Assembly (NCBI GenBank): GCA_038214755.1
Contig: JBBQRQ010000087.1
Coordinates: 1-21,203, forward strand
Direction of reading: 5' to 3'
From: Verrucomicrobiota bacterium
GTDB lineage: Bacteria > Verrucomicrobiota > Verrucomicrobiia > Limisphaerales > CANJXF01
Length of the DNA: 21,203 nt
Shown: positions 1 through 7,815 of the stretch, one piece after another
How the letters are laid out: each line of letters starts with the position of its first letter
Position numbering within the stretch: position 1 is the first letter of the stretch
The notes under the pieces: generated by a model
Told to the model about the DNA's origin: nothing
What the model saw: only the letters and a program-made list of their open reading frames with translations
Database searches by the model: none
Translations under genes and position numbers: made by a program

Positions 1-417
1 AATATGGAAGCGGCTCCCCGGCACCAGCGGCGCGATGTCACCTCCGGAGAAACCAATATCGGTGTCCGTTGAAAAGATGGAATCCGACAGCAACTTGGGT
101 TTGTAATTATCCGGATAAATGGGGTTGACCGGAAAGATCACCGGATCATACGGCGGAAATGGAGCGGTGATAATTTCGTAAGCGCCGACGAAGGTGCGGG
201 CAACGCTGCGATTAAAACCATGAAGAAATCCGCTGGTGTAGGCCATGTCCGGGCTGCGGAATAATGCGCTTTGCTCCATGGATCGGCGAATCTCTCCGCC
301 GCGCGGGAACTCGGTGATGTTGTTAATGCCTCGACCCAACTTGTGTTCGGGACCGGCACAACCCGCAACCACCAGAACCAGGCCCGCCAGAAAAATAGAA
401 AAATAGGACGTTCGCAT
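1..417 (-). CDS. Partial CDS (3' end runs off the window): lipoprotein resembling the exosortase-system-associated TIGR04073 family
   Basis: Not in the ORF track because there is no stop in the window. Manual translation from ATG 417 gives MRTSYFSIFLAGLVLVVAGCAGPEHKLGRGINNITEF..., open to base 1. It has a lipobox (VAGC) and the KLGRGxxN motif I recall from TIGR04073. Confidence 0.75.
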   Translation of the reverse strand, partial: MRTSYFSIFLAGLVLVVAGCAGPEHKLGRGINNITEFPRGGEIRRSMEQSALFRSPDMAYTSGFLHGFNRSVARTFVGAYEIITAPFPPYDPVIFPVNPIYPDNYKPKLLSDSIFSTDTDIGFSGGDIAPLVPGSRFHI

Positions 418-437
418 AAATATATTTTGGTTGAGTC

Positions 438-465
438 AGATTAGTGGCAAAAGAATTCTTGTAAA
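438..465 (-). promoter_or_regulatory. Putative sigma70-type promoter for the 1..417 gene
   Basis: Minus strand TTTACA-16 nt-TAATCT, ending about 20 nt upstream of ATG 417. Confidence 0.45.
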
Positions 466-483
466 GCGAGTTTTCTGACACGA

Positions 484-1311
484 TCAAGTTTTTTTCAAAA
501 ACTTTACCCCGACCCCGATGACCAGAAGAAATGCGCCCAGCGTGCAGACGACCGCTGCTCCCGTGGGCCAACTAAATTTCAACGAGCAATATAATCCCAA
601 CACACTGCCGAGCGTGGAAACCGTCCACCCGATCAACAGCATTGAACTGAGTTTGCGCGCCAGGAAATTTGCGCAGACCGCTGGAACGATCAAATAAGTA
701 AAAACCAACAACACGCCGCCGATATGCACGAAGGTCGTCACCACCAAACCAAAGAGCGCATAGAAAAGAAAATCCCACCAGCGGATGGAAATTTTCTCCG
801 CCTCGGCTCGTTCCGGTTCAAAAGAAAGCGCCAGAAATTTCCTCCGAAAAATAAAATGCAGGATCCCGATGGCCACATAAATCGCTGCGGGTTTGAAGAC
901 TTGCCCCGGCTTTTGCAGATAAAGCAAATCGCCCACCAGCGTTTCCTTCAACTCTTCGGCTCCCTGCGCGCTGTTACTTAAAAGCAAAATTCCCGCCGCC
1001 GCCGCCACCACATAAATAATCCCGATCAGAGCTTCTTGCGGAACTCGCTGATGAGTTTTCGCTCGAGTCAAAGTGAACAACGCCGCGCCGATTAAAGTGA
1101 ATCCGACTGACATGGCGTAACTTTGCCACGAGTGGGCGTCGTAATGCGAAATCATGGCCACACACGTTCCAAGTGTCGCCACTTGCGCCAGGGCTAGATC
1201 GACGAAAATAACTTCGCGCCGCACGATGTGCAGACCGAGATAAACGAGCAAACTCGGCAAAAGCAAACACGCCACCAACGGCCACAACATCAGTTTGAAT
1301 TCGATGCTCAT
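484..1311 (-). CDS. Metal (Zn/Mn-type) ABC transporter permease, ABC-3 family
   Basis: 275 aa with multiple TM segments and the motifs GLHIVRREVIFVDLALAQVATLG, EALIGIIY, GVLLVFTYLIVPA and PTGAAVV. Lies downstream of a cluster A-I substrate-binding protein. Confidence 0.9.
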   Translation of the reverse strand: MSIEFKLMLWPLVACLLLPSLLVYLGLHIVRREVIFVDLALAQVATLGTCVAMISHYDAHSWQSYAMSVGFTLIGAALFTLTRAKTHQRVPQEALIGIIYVVAAAAGILLLSNSAQGAEELKETLVGDLLYLQKPGQVFKPAAIYVAIGILHFIFRRKFLALSFEPERAEAEKISIRWWDFLFYALFGLVVTTFVHIGGVLLVFTYLIVPAVCANFLARKLSSMLLIGWTVSTLGSVLGLYCSLKFSWPTGAAVVCTLGAFLLVIGVGVKFLKKT

Positions 1312-1318
1312 AATTTTC

Positions 1319-1387
1319 TGTAGCGGCGCGTCTGTGACCGCCGCAGATCGAAATTTAAAAAACTGCGGTCACCGACGCGCCGCTACA
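1319..1387. repeat. GTAG-type REP doublet (REPIN-like inverted repeat)
   Basis: TGTAGCGGCGCGTCTGTGACCGCCGCAG ... CTGCGGTCACCGACGCGCCGCTACA. The first 27 nt are identical to 8209-8235. Confidence 0.85.
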
Positions 1388-1394
1388 ACCCCAT

Positions 1395-2408
1395 TTATTT
1401 TTTCTGCTCAAATCCTTTCGCCAACGCCTTCACCAAAGAATCAATCCAATCGATGTAGCTTCCCGGTCCTTTGCCGCTGGGAAATGAAGGAAAGTCAACG
1501 ATGACCGCCCCCGTCCGATTGGCCACCGTTTCGGCGGTCTTCCGATTTTGGTGAGGCTGCACAATAATGACCGTCAGGTTATCCGATTTCATTTTCGTGA
1601 TGACTTCGGCCAGATGCGCCGGTGTCGGCGGAATGCCGGGCTTGGGTTCGAGAAACAAAATCATCGGGAAATCAAATTCTCTGCCGAAATAAATCCAATA
1701 GTTGTGGTACGTGACAACCGGTTTGCCTTTGTAGGGCGCGAGAATTTTTTTCCACTCCGCCATTTTCACTTCGAGCCGATCCTCAAATTTTTTCAAATTC
1801 GCTTTGAAGTCAGCGCACGATTTCGGATCAAGCTGGCAAAACGAATGGGCGATGTGTTCGGCGACAGTTTTCACGTTCGCCGGGTCCGTCGTGTAATGAG
1901 GATTTCCCGCCGCGTGCAAATCACCTTTCGAACGGTCGAGGGCAATGGGAATTTCGAGCAAAGAAATTCCTTCCGCGCAAGCAATGTGTCCCGGTCGGCC
2001 CGCGTCCAATTTTGGATTGCGCGCGCCATCGAGCAACGGCGGCAACCAGCCCAGTTCCAATTCGGCGCCGCCTTCGATCAACGCATCGGCATGATTGAGC
2101 TTCACAATGAAACTGGGTTTAGCGTCGATGAAATGCGGGTCTTCCGTCGGCTTGGCTAGCGTCGCCACGTCCACTTTGTCTCCGCCGATGGCCTGGGCGA
2201 TGGCGGCAAAATCCGGCGTGGTGGCGACGACATTGAGTTTGGCCTGCGCCGAAGCCGCCAGCAGAGTTAACGTAAAAAAAGTTAATAACGTAGCCGCCGA
2301 CGTCAGGAGGCGGATTCGCCCGCGCATTTCCGAACCAAACGTCCGCCTCGTCACCTCGTCGGCTACGGGCTGCGCAATTTTCCCCGAGGCTTTCAGTATT
2401 TTTTTCAT
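1395..2408 (-). CDS. Metal ABC transporter substrate-binding protein (ZnuA/TroA/PsaA, cluster A-I)
   Basis: Motifs LNVVATT, EDPHF, GNPHY, YHNYW and EPKPGIPPTPAHL, with a signal peptide ending AQA. Start placed at ATG 2408 (MKKILK); ATG 2327 is an alternative. Confidence 0.9.
   Translation of the reverse strand: MKKILKASGKIAQPVADEVTRRTFGSEMRGRIRLLTSAATLLTFFTLTLLAASAQAKLNVVATTPDFAAIAQAIGGDKVDVATLAKPTEDPHFIDAKPSFIVKLNHADALIEGGAELELGWLPPLLDGARNPKLDAGRPGHIACAEGISLLEIPIALDRSKGDLHAAGNPHYTTDPANVKTVAEHIAHSFCQLDPKSCADFKANLKKFEDRLEVKMAEWKKILAPYKGKPVVTYHNYWIYFGREFDFPMILFLEPKPGIPPTPAHLAEVITKMKSDNLTVIIVQPHQNRKTAETVANRTGAVIVDFPSFPSGKGPGSYIDWIDSLVKALAKGFEQKK
2290..2366. repeat. GTAG-type REP doublet lying inside the 5' coding region of the substrate-binding protein gene
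   Basis: GTAGCCGCCGACGTCAGGAGGCGGA ... TCCGCCTCGTCACCTCGTCGGCTAC, translated in frame as VADEVTRR...IRLLTSAAT. Confidence 0.8.
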
Positions 2409-2415
2409 GTTTTTA

Positions 2416-2445
2416 ATTCGTGTTGATTCGTGTGACTTCGTGGTT
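2416..2445. repeat. Short intergenic tandem repeat, 3 x 10 bp with TTCGTG core
   Basis: ATTCGTGTTG ATTCGTGTGA CTTCGTGGTT. Confidence 0.6.
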
Positions 2446-2454
2446 AAAAAATTT

Positions 2455-3981
2455 CTAAAACTTATGCGCGCCATGCGAGCCGAGAAGAAATTCCATTTGC
2501 AACCAAACAGAATGTTCGGTCCCGAAATGTTGGCCGCGATCGTAATTATATTGCAGACGGAGTTTTGAAAACTCGCTCGGAAAAAATGTCAGCACCGGTG
2601 AAATGCGATAACGCTCGCCGCGAAATGGATCTTGCGAATCGAATATGTCGGAATTCCCACTCGCATAATCTCCGCGAATTCCCGTGACCCACCGCGGTTT
2701 GAATCCCCACAACACCTGCGAATACATTCCCCAATCTTTTAAATTTTCAGACGACAACGGAGTCGGAGCCAACGCATCCGCGCCCGCGCCGAAGCGGCGA
2801 TAGATCGCTTCCGTTTGCCACGATACGAACGGAAAACCGCTTTTGGCGTCGGCCGGTTTCCATTTCCAATAAATGTCCGCGCCATAAATTTCGGTGCGAT
2901 TGCGCGGACCGGTGTCGTTCGCTCCGAGCGCGCCGGAAAGGCCGCCGATTAAAGTCTGCGTGTCGGTTATTTCAAACGAGGAAGCGATGCGCGGCGTGAA
3001 AAGCAAATCCTGCGGGCCGCGCAAATGACGATCCGTCGTGGCACGACCGGCAAAACGATTTGTGCCGGTGCCGTCGTCTTCGCCCACATTTCGAAAACTG
3101 TGCGCCGTGCCGCCTTGTCCATCGGTAATGCCGAGAAATAATTCCGTGTAAAACGGAGTGGGAGCGAGCCAGGAAAGTTGCGCGCCGACATTGCGCAAAC
3201 CATCGGGGCCGAAAGCGCGCGTCGAAATAATCGGCGCGTCCACGAACGCCCAGGCGTGGGGATGCTGTGGATTGTTTCGACCAAACGCCGCGAAAAATTG
3301 TCCGGCCTTCAATTGCAAATTCGCGGGGAGTGAAGTGGATTGAAGATAAGTTTCTTCCAACTCGACTCCCGTTTCGTTGTGGTTGGCGAGTTTGAAAACA
3401 ATATTGGCAAACCCTTTGAAGTAAGGATCGACCGCGCCGTCGAGGGCGATTTCTGCGTTGCGTAAGGAGAAGCCGCGCCTTTGCGGATCGTGATCGCCGA
3501 GTTGAAGTTGCGCGGAAGGATCAGCGGCGCTGGACCAACCGGCATCCATCAAAGCATCAAAACTGATATTCATGTAAGCCGAACCGGCGCGCGCCACGGT
3601 GATTGGTTGCGAGGGCGACCACGGCGAAGAGAGTTGTGAGTTTTGAGTCGTGAGTTTTGAATTGGGAATTGCCGCGTTGGTCCCGGAACTTTGCGCCAGT
3701 TCAGCGGCCAACTCTTGTTCCAGCTTTTGTTGTTCTGGAGTTTTTTCTGAGACGGGTTGGGCAGGCTTCTTTTCGGCTGCTTGTGATTTGGTAAATTCGT
3801 CCAACTTTTTTGTCAGCGCTTCAATTTGTTGCTGTTGTGCGCGGCTGACTTTCTCGAAATTTTCCTGCATCTGCTGCATTTGTTTTTTCAATTGCCCCAC
3901 TTCATTTGTTTCCTGAGCCTGAAGTGTCATTGCGCTCAGACAAAAAGCAGAAGACCATCCTACTAGTTTAAAAATTTTCAT
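2455..3981 (-). CDS. Outer-membrane beta-barrel/porin-like protein associated with metal uptake (family often annotated as zinc-regulated OM receptor)
   Basis: Signal peptide from ATG 3981 (MKIFKL...LQA), Gln-rich coiled coil, amphipathic beta strands, His motifs GDHDP and NPQHPHAWAFVDAP, and C-terminal GSHGAHKF. Directly upstream of the SBP and permease genes. Confidence 0.75.
   Translation of the reverse strand: MKIFKLVGWSSAFCLSAMTLQAQETNEVGQLKKQMQQMQENFEKVSRAQQQQIEALTKKLDEFTKSQAAEKKPAQPVSEKTPEQQKLEQELAAELAQSSGTNAAIPNSKLTTQNSQLSSPWSPSQPITVARAGSAYMNISFDALMDAGWSSAADPSAQLQLGDHDPQRRGFSLRNAEIALDGAVDPYFKGFANIVFKLANHNETGVELEETYLQSTSLPANLQLKAGQFFAAFGRNNPQHPHAWAFVDAPIISTRAFGPDGLRNVGAQLSWLAPTPFYTELFLGITDGQGGTAHSFRNVGEDDGTGTNRFAGRATTDRHLRGPQDLLFTPRIASSFEITDTQTLIGGLSGALGANDTGPRNRTEIYGADIYWKWKPADAKSGFPFVSWQTEAIYRRFGAGADALAPTPLSSENLKDWGMYSQVLWGFKPRWVTGIRGDYASGNSDIFDSQDPFRGERYRISPVLTFFPSEFSKLRLQYNYDRGQHFGTEHSVWLQMEFLLGSHGAHKF
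3629..3670. repeat. Six degenerate heptamers (42 bp) in frame within the OM protein gene
   Basis: GAGAGTT GTGAGTT TTGAGTC GTGAGTT TTGAATT GGGAATT, encoding roughly IPNSKLTTQNSQLS. Confidence 0.7.
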
Positions 3982-4023
3982 AACTTCTCTGGAAAAACCT
4001 CCTCGCACAACTCGTGCGGAATC

Positions 4024-4056
4024 AAAAAGGAAAACGGATGAGCCACACGGCCCACC
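4024..4056 (-). terminator. Terminator/attenuator-like hairpin between the RAPP ORF and the OM protein gene
   Basis: Minus strand GGTGGGCC-GTGT-GGCTCATC (8 bp, two G:U pairs) followed by CGTTTTCCTTTTT. Confidence 0.45.
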
Positions 4057-4064
4057 GACAACGG

Positions 4065-4412
4065 TTAGAGAAAAGGTGAAACGGGCGGAGCACGGCTGGG
4101 AGATAAATAAAAATCGGCAAAAGGCAGCGCAATGGTTTGCGACGGCAAAACGGTAAGGATTAATCCCGCATCAACTATGACAAACGTCGAAGAGGCATCG
4201 CCCAACAAGACATGGTGCTTCTGCAACAGAGTAATGGCACATTGATGGTGATCTTGCGCGGCGTCATGATGAAGCCATTCATGGAAAGAGGAGCCAGAGA
4301 GCAACGATGTTACAATCAACAACACGATCAGCAAACCAGCCAGAACTGATTTGTACCGATGTTCCCAACGAAATACTTTTGACGGCGATTGCAAAGTGCG
4401 GCCATTAAGCAT
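4065..4412 (-). CDS. DUF2946/CruR-like small membrane protein with C-terminal RAPP motif (candidate regulatory upstream ORF)
   Basis: TM segment VLAGLLIVLLIVTSLL, His/Cys cluster HEWLHHDAAQDHHQCAIT..HH, and SRAPP five residues before the stop. Sits immediately upstream of metal-uptake genes. Start is uncertain (ATG 4412 or TTG 4394). Confidence 0.75.
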   Translation of the reverse strand: MLNGRTLQSPSKVFRWEHRYKSVLAGLLIVLLIVTSLLSGSSFHEWLHHDAAQDHHQCAITLLQKHHVLLGDASSTFVIVDAGLILTVLPSQTIALPFADFYLSPSRAPPVSPFL

Positions 4413-4485
4413 CCGCCTATTTGGGATGGCAAGTTCTTTCTCCGAGCCTTGCTAAACAGGCAAAAGCGTTGGGCGTGGTGCCGCT

Positions 4486-4764
4486 TTACGAAACATATCG
4501 CTCTAAAATTTCAATCAGGGAACGGAGGTTCTGGCGGCATTCCGCCTGCGACTTCGCATTTTCGATGCAGTCATGCATGTGTTCGTGAATGATTTCATCG
4601 CCGAAAGATTTCAACGCGCGCCGGGCGGAAATCACCTGCATCAAAACGTCAGAACAATCAACATCTTCGCTGATCATCTTTTCGATTCCCGCGATTTGCC
4701 CTTTGATTTTGCGCAAGCGCAAGACCAGCGCCTTTTTCTCGTGCTCGGGATGAACATGCTTCAT
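4486..4764 (-). CDS. CsoR/RcnR-family metal-sensing repressor with InrS-like ligand set
   Basis: RLRKIKGQIAGIEKMI...C..VLMQV..ARRAL; W-X-Y-Z positions are H5-C37-H62-C66. Divergent from rcnA. Confidence 0.92.
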   Translation of the reverse strand: MKHVHPEHEKKALVLRLRKIKGQIAGIEKMISEDVDCSDVLMQVISARRALKSFGDEIIHEHMHDCIENAKSQAECRQNLRSLIEILERYVS

Positions 4765-4778
4765 GGACGTTTAAGTAA

Positions 4779-4794
4779 CATGAAATTTTTCATG
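4779..4794. promoter_or_regulatory. 7-2-7 palindrome, possible operator upstream of the repressor gene
   Basis: CATGAAA-TT-TTTCATG, filling the spacer of a weak minus-strand TAGCAT-17-TACTTA promoter. Confidence 0.35.
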
Positions 4795-4813
4795 ATGCTA
4801 ATAGAAAAACATT

Positions 4814-4843
4814 TTGACTCGGTAAGGGGGATGGGGGTATATG
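4814..4843 (+). promoter_or_regulatory. rcnA promoter overlapped by a G-tract CsoR/RcnR-type operator
   Basis: TTGACT (4814-4819) then TAAGGGGGATGGGGGTAT (4823-4840). G-tracts flanked by AT-rich bases are typical of CsoR/RcnR operators. The -10 match is weak. Confidence 0.55.
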
Positions 4844-4848
4844 CCTGC

Positions 4849-5970
4849 ATGACTTCGTTCAACGAATATCTCTCCGGTGGAAATGCGTGGCTGTTTATTC
4901 CCGGCGCAATTTTGCTTGGCGCACTGCACGGATTGGAACCCGGCCACAGTAAAACAATGATGGCAGCGTTTATTGTTTCGATTCGTGGGACGATCACCCA
5001 GGCCATTTTATTGGGAGTGTCGGCCACCGTGTCCCACACCGCGATCATTTGGCTTCTGGCTTACATCGGTTTGCGTTACGGGGGTCAATGGAATGCGGAA
5101 ACCACCGAGCCTTATTTTCAAATCGCTTCCGGCGTGATCATTTTTGGATTGGCTGGATGGATGTTTTGGCGGACCCGCCGGCAACAGAGCGCGGCCGCCG
5201 CGCATAGCCATTCCACGCACGAACACGGTCCGCATGGCGGAACTTGGATTGATACCGGCCATGGCTTGATCGAAATCAGCGTCTTCGAAACGAATGTGCC
5301 GCCGCATTTCCGGCTTTTTTTCTTCGACGATGAAAAAAAAGAAATCGCACCTTCCGCGAAACAAACAGTGACGATTGAAACCATTCGGCCAGATGGCGCA
5401 AAACAGGTTTTCAATTTTGTGAGCGAAGAGAATTATTTAAAATCCACGTCCGACATTCCGGAGCCGCACGAATTTTCTTTGACACTGAGCCTGGCCCATG
5501 GCGACCACGCACACACCTACCAAACAAAATTTACCGAAGACCACCATCACGATCATGGCCACGAAGGATTGGATGAATCTTCGATTGATTTTCAAGATGC
5601 GCATGAACGCGCTCATGCCGCTGAATTGCAAAAGCGTTTTGCTAATCGTGATGTCACCACTCCACAAATTATTTTATTCGGTCTGACCGGGGGACTCCTG
5701 CCCTGCCCTGCGGCGTTCAGCATTTTGCTGATTTGCCTGCAACTGAAAAAATTTACACTCGGCTTCACGCTGGTGCTGGCGTTCAGTTTGGGATTGGCCA
5801 TTACGCTCGTGCTGGCCGGTTCTTTGGCCGCGATTTCCGTGCAGCACGCCAGCAAACGTTTCGCTGGCTTCGGTAAACTTGCAATGAAGATGCCTTACAT
5901 CAGTTCGACCGTGATGGTGGTCATTGGAATGATCGTCGCGCTCCAAGGCTTCAAACATTTAGCGCACTAA
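4849..5970 (+). CDS. rcnA: Nickel/cobalt efflux transporter RcnA (NiCoT family)
   Basis: NAWLFIPGAILLGALHGLEPGHSKTMMAAFIV, a His-rich loop, DAHERAHA and FGLTGGLLPCPAA. Start placed at ATG 4849 (MTSF) because the ORF-track extension overlaps the repressor gene. Confidence 0.93.
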   Translation: MTSFNEYLSGGNAWLFIPGAILLGALHGLEPGHSKTMMAAFIVSIRGTITQAILLGVSATVSHTAIIWLLAYIGLRYGGQWNAETTEPYFQIASGVIIFGLAGWMFWRTRRQQSAAAAHSHSTHEHGPHGGTWIDTGHGLIEISVFETNVPPHFRLFFFDDEKKEIAPSAKQTVTIETIRPDGAKQVFNFVSEENYLKSTSDIPEPHEFSLTLSLAHGDHAHTYQTKFTEDHHHDHGHEGLDESSIDFQDAHERAHAAELQKRFANRDVTTPQIILFGLTGGLLPCPAAFSILLICLQLKKFTLGFTLVLAFSLGLAITLVLAGSLAAISVQHASKRFAGFGKLAMKMPYISSTVMVVIGMIVALQGFKHLAH

Positions 5971-6052
5971 ATTTCTATCAGCAGTCGCTGGAACCGGGTG
6001 AGAAATAATTTGTCGATTGACGGGCTTGGTTTCGGTGAAGATTTTACTCTGC

Positions 6053-7606
6053 GTGAAAATTCAGCGCGCGCTTATTTCCGTTTTCGATAAAACGGGACTG
6101 TTTCCATTCGCTCAGATTTTGCGCGAGGCCGGAGTGGAAATTATTTCGACTGGTGGGACGGCGAAGTTTTTGCGCGAACAAGGAATAGCTGTCAGCGATC
6201 TGAGCGCCTACACCGGATTCCCCGAAATGCTGGATGGGCGGGTGAAAACATTGCATCCGAAAATTCATGGCGGCCTTCTCTACATTCGCGGAAAGGTCGA
6301 GCACGAAGCCGCGGCAAAAAAAAACGACATCAAGCCGATTGATTTGGTCGCGGTGAATTTTTATCCGTTTGAACAAACGATCGCAAGACCGGGTGTCACT
6401 TTGGCCGAAGCAATTGAGAACATCGACATTGGCGGGCCGTCGATGTTGCGCAGCGCGGCGAAAAATCATGAGAGTGTGTCGGTGATCGTTGACCCGACAG
6501 ACTACGCCGATGTCGCGGAGGAGATTAAAGCCAACGGAAATACGACGCTGGGACTTCGGCAAAAACTCGCCGCAAAAGTTTTCGTGCGCACCGCGGCTTA
6601 TGACCAAGCGATTGCAGATTATTTGGGAAAACAATTTGGCCGTTTAGAAAAAGCAGGTGCCTTTCCCGACGAACTAAGAATTTCCGCCAACAAATCGCAA
6701 TCGCTTCGATATGGGGAAAACCCGCATCAGCTCGCGGCGCTTTACGGCGATTTTGAAAACTATTTTCAGCAACTGCACGGCAAAGAACTTTCCTACAACA
6801 ACATTCTCGACCTGACCGCCGCGGCCAGTTTGATGGCTGAATTTGCCGAGGACATTCCGACGCTCGCGATTTTGAAACACACCAATCCGTGCGGCGTTGG
6901 TCGCGGAAAAAATCTGCGCGAAGCATGGGAATGCGCATTCGCCACGGACAAGCAAGCGCCGTTCGGCGGAATTATCGCGACGAATAAAATTTTGGATTTG
7001 CCGTGCGCCGAGGCGATTTCGGAAATTTTTAGCGAAGTGATTGTCGCGCCTGATTTCGATGGTGGCGCGCTGGCGTTATTGCAAAAGAAAAAAAATCTTC
7101 GCTTGATAAAAATCTTAAAAGCTTCGTCGCAGGGTGGCGACCTGGACGTGCGGAGCGTCACGGCCAATTCATTTCTGGTTCAGGAACGCGATTTGAAATC
7201 CATTCGCGCAAGCGATTTGAAAATCGTCACGAGAAGAAAACCGACCGACGCTGAATTGGAAGGGATGTTGTTCGGCTGGCGAGTGGCCAAGTATGTCAAG
7301 TCGAACGCGATTATTTACGTGTCGAGCAATTCCACTTTGGGAATCGGCGCGGGGCAAATGAGCCGCATTGATTCGAGCCGGGTCGCAATTTGGAAAGCGG
7401 GTGAAGCGGGCCTGTCGCTAAAGGGAAGCGTGGTTTGCAGTGATGCGTTTTTTCCGTTTGCGGATGGATTGATCGCGGCGGCGGCAGCGGGAGCGACGGC
7501 GGCGATTCAACCGGGAGGCTCGATGCGGGACGCGGAGGTCATAGCGGCGGCTGATGAACGGGATATGGCCATGGCGTTTACCGGCGTCCGCCATTTTCGG
7601 CATTAG
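6053..7606 (+). CDS. purH: Bifunctional AICAR transformylase / IMP cyclohydrolase
   Basis: [56 protein letters not shown] and C-terminal RHFRH. Start placed at GTG 6053. Confidence 0.97.
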   Translation: MKIQRALISVFDKTGLFPFAQILREAGVEIISTGGTAKFLREQGIAVSDLSAYTGFPEMLDGRVKTLHPKIHGGLLYIRGKVEHEAAAKKNDIKPIDLVAVNFYPFEQTIARPGVTLAEAIENIDIGGPSMLRSAAKNHESVSVIVDPTDYADVAEEIKANGNTTLGLRQKLAAKVFVRTAAYDQAIADYLGKQFGRLEKAGAFPDELRISANKSQSLRYGENPHQLAALYGDFENYFQQLHGKELSYNNILDLTAAASLMAEFAEDIPTLAILKHTNPCGVGRGKNLREAWECAFATDKQAPFGGIIATNKILDLPCAEAISEIFSEVIVAPDFDGGALALLQKKKNLRLIKILKASSQGGDLDVRSVTANSFLVQERDLKSIRASDLKIVTRRKPTDAELEGMLFGWRVAKYVKSNAIIYVSSNSTLGIGAGQMSRIDSSRVAIWKAGEAGLSLKGSVVCSDAFFPFADGLIAAAAAGATAAIQPGGSMRDAEVIAAADERDMAMAFTGVRHFRH

Positions 7607-7637
7607 CCAAAATCCGAAGTGGCGGCGGCAATGGCAG

Positions 7638-7796
7638 TGGGTGGAACAGGCCACTGGCCTGTGGCGAACGGCGACTCGCCGCTCGGAACGGGGAAAGCGC
7701 GCGAACTTTTCCGTGTGCCTTTTTTCTGGGGCGACGTTCTTTCCATTCCGTCCGGCCAGTGGCCGGACGGCACAGGCGGGTCGCCTGTGCTACCCA
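7638..7796. repeat. Four-hairpin REP-like inverted element between convergent genes
   Basis: Ends TGGGTGGAACAGGC / GCCTGTGCTACCCA; 17-nt hairpins at 7646-7662, 7667-7683, 7751-7767 and 7772-7788. Confidence 0.8.
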
Positions 7797-7815
7797 TTCT
7801 AATTTTGGATTTGGA

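Noticed and set aside
1548..2159. Long antisense ORFs (also 6044-6634, 15468-16112, 18016-18669 and 19897-20538)
   Set aside because: Shadow ORFs opposite well-supported genes, with no recognisable domains.
4573..4848. 92-aa N-terminal extension of RcnA in the ORF track
   Set aside because: It overlaps the repressor gene on the opposite strand and the promoter/operator; RcnA similarity begins at MTSF (4849).
5971..6052. ZTP (pfl) riboswitch expected upstream of purH
   Set aside because: The spacer is only 82 bp, lacks recognisable consensus elements by eye, and is partly occupied by a -35-like box.
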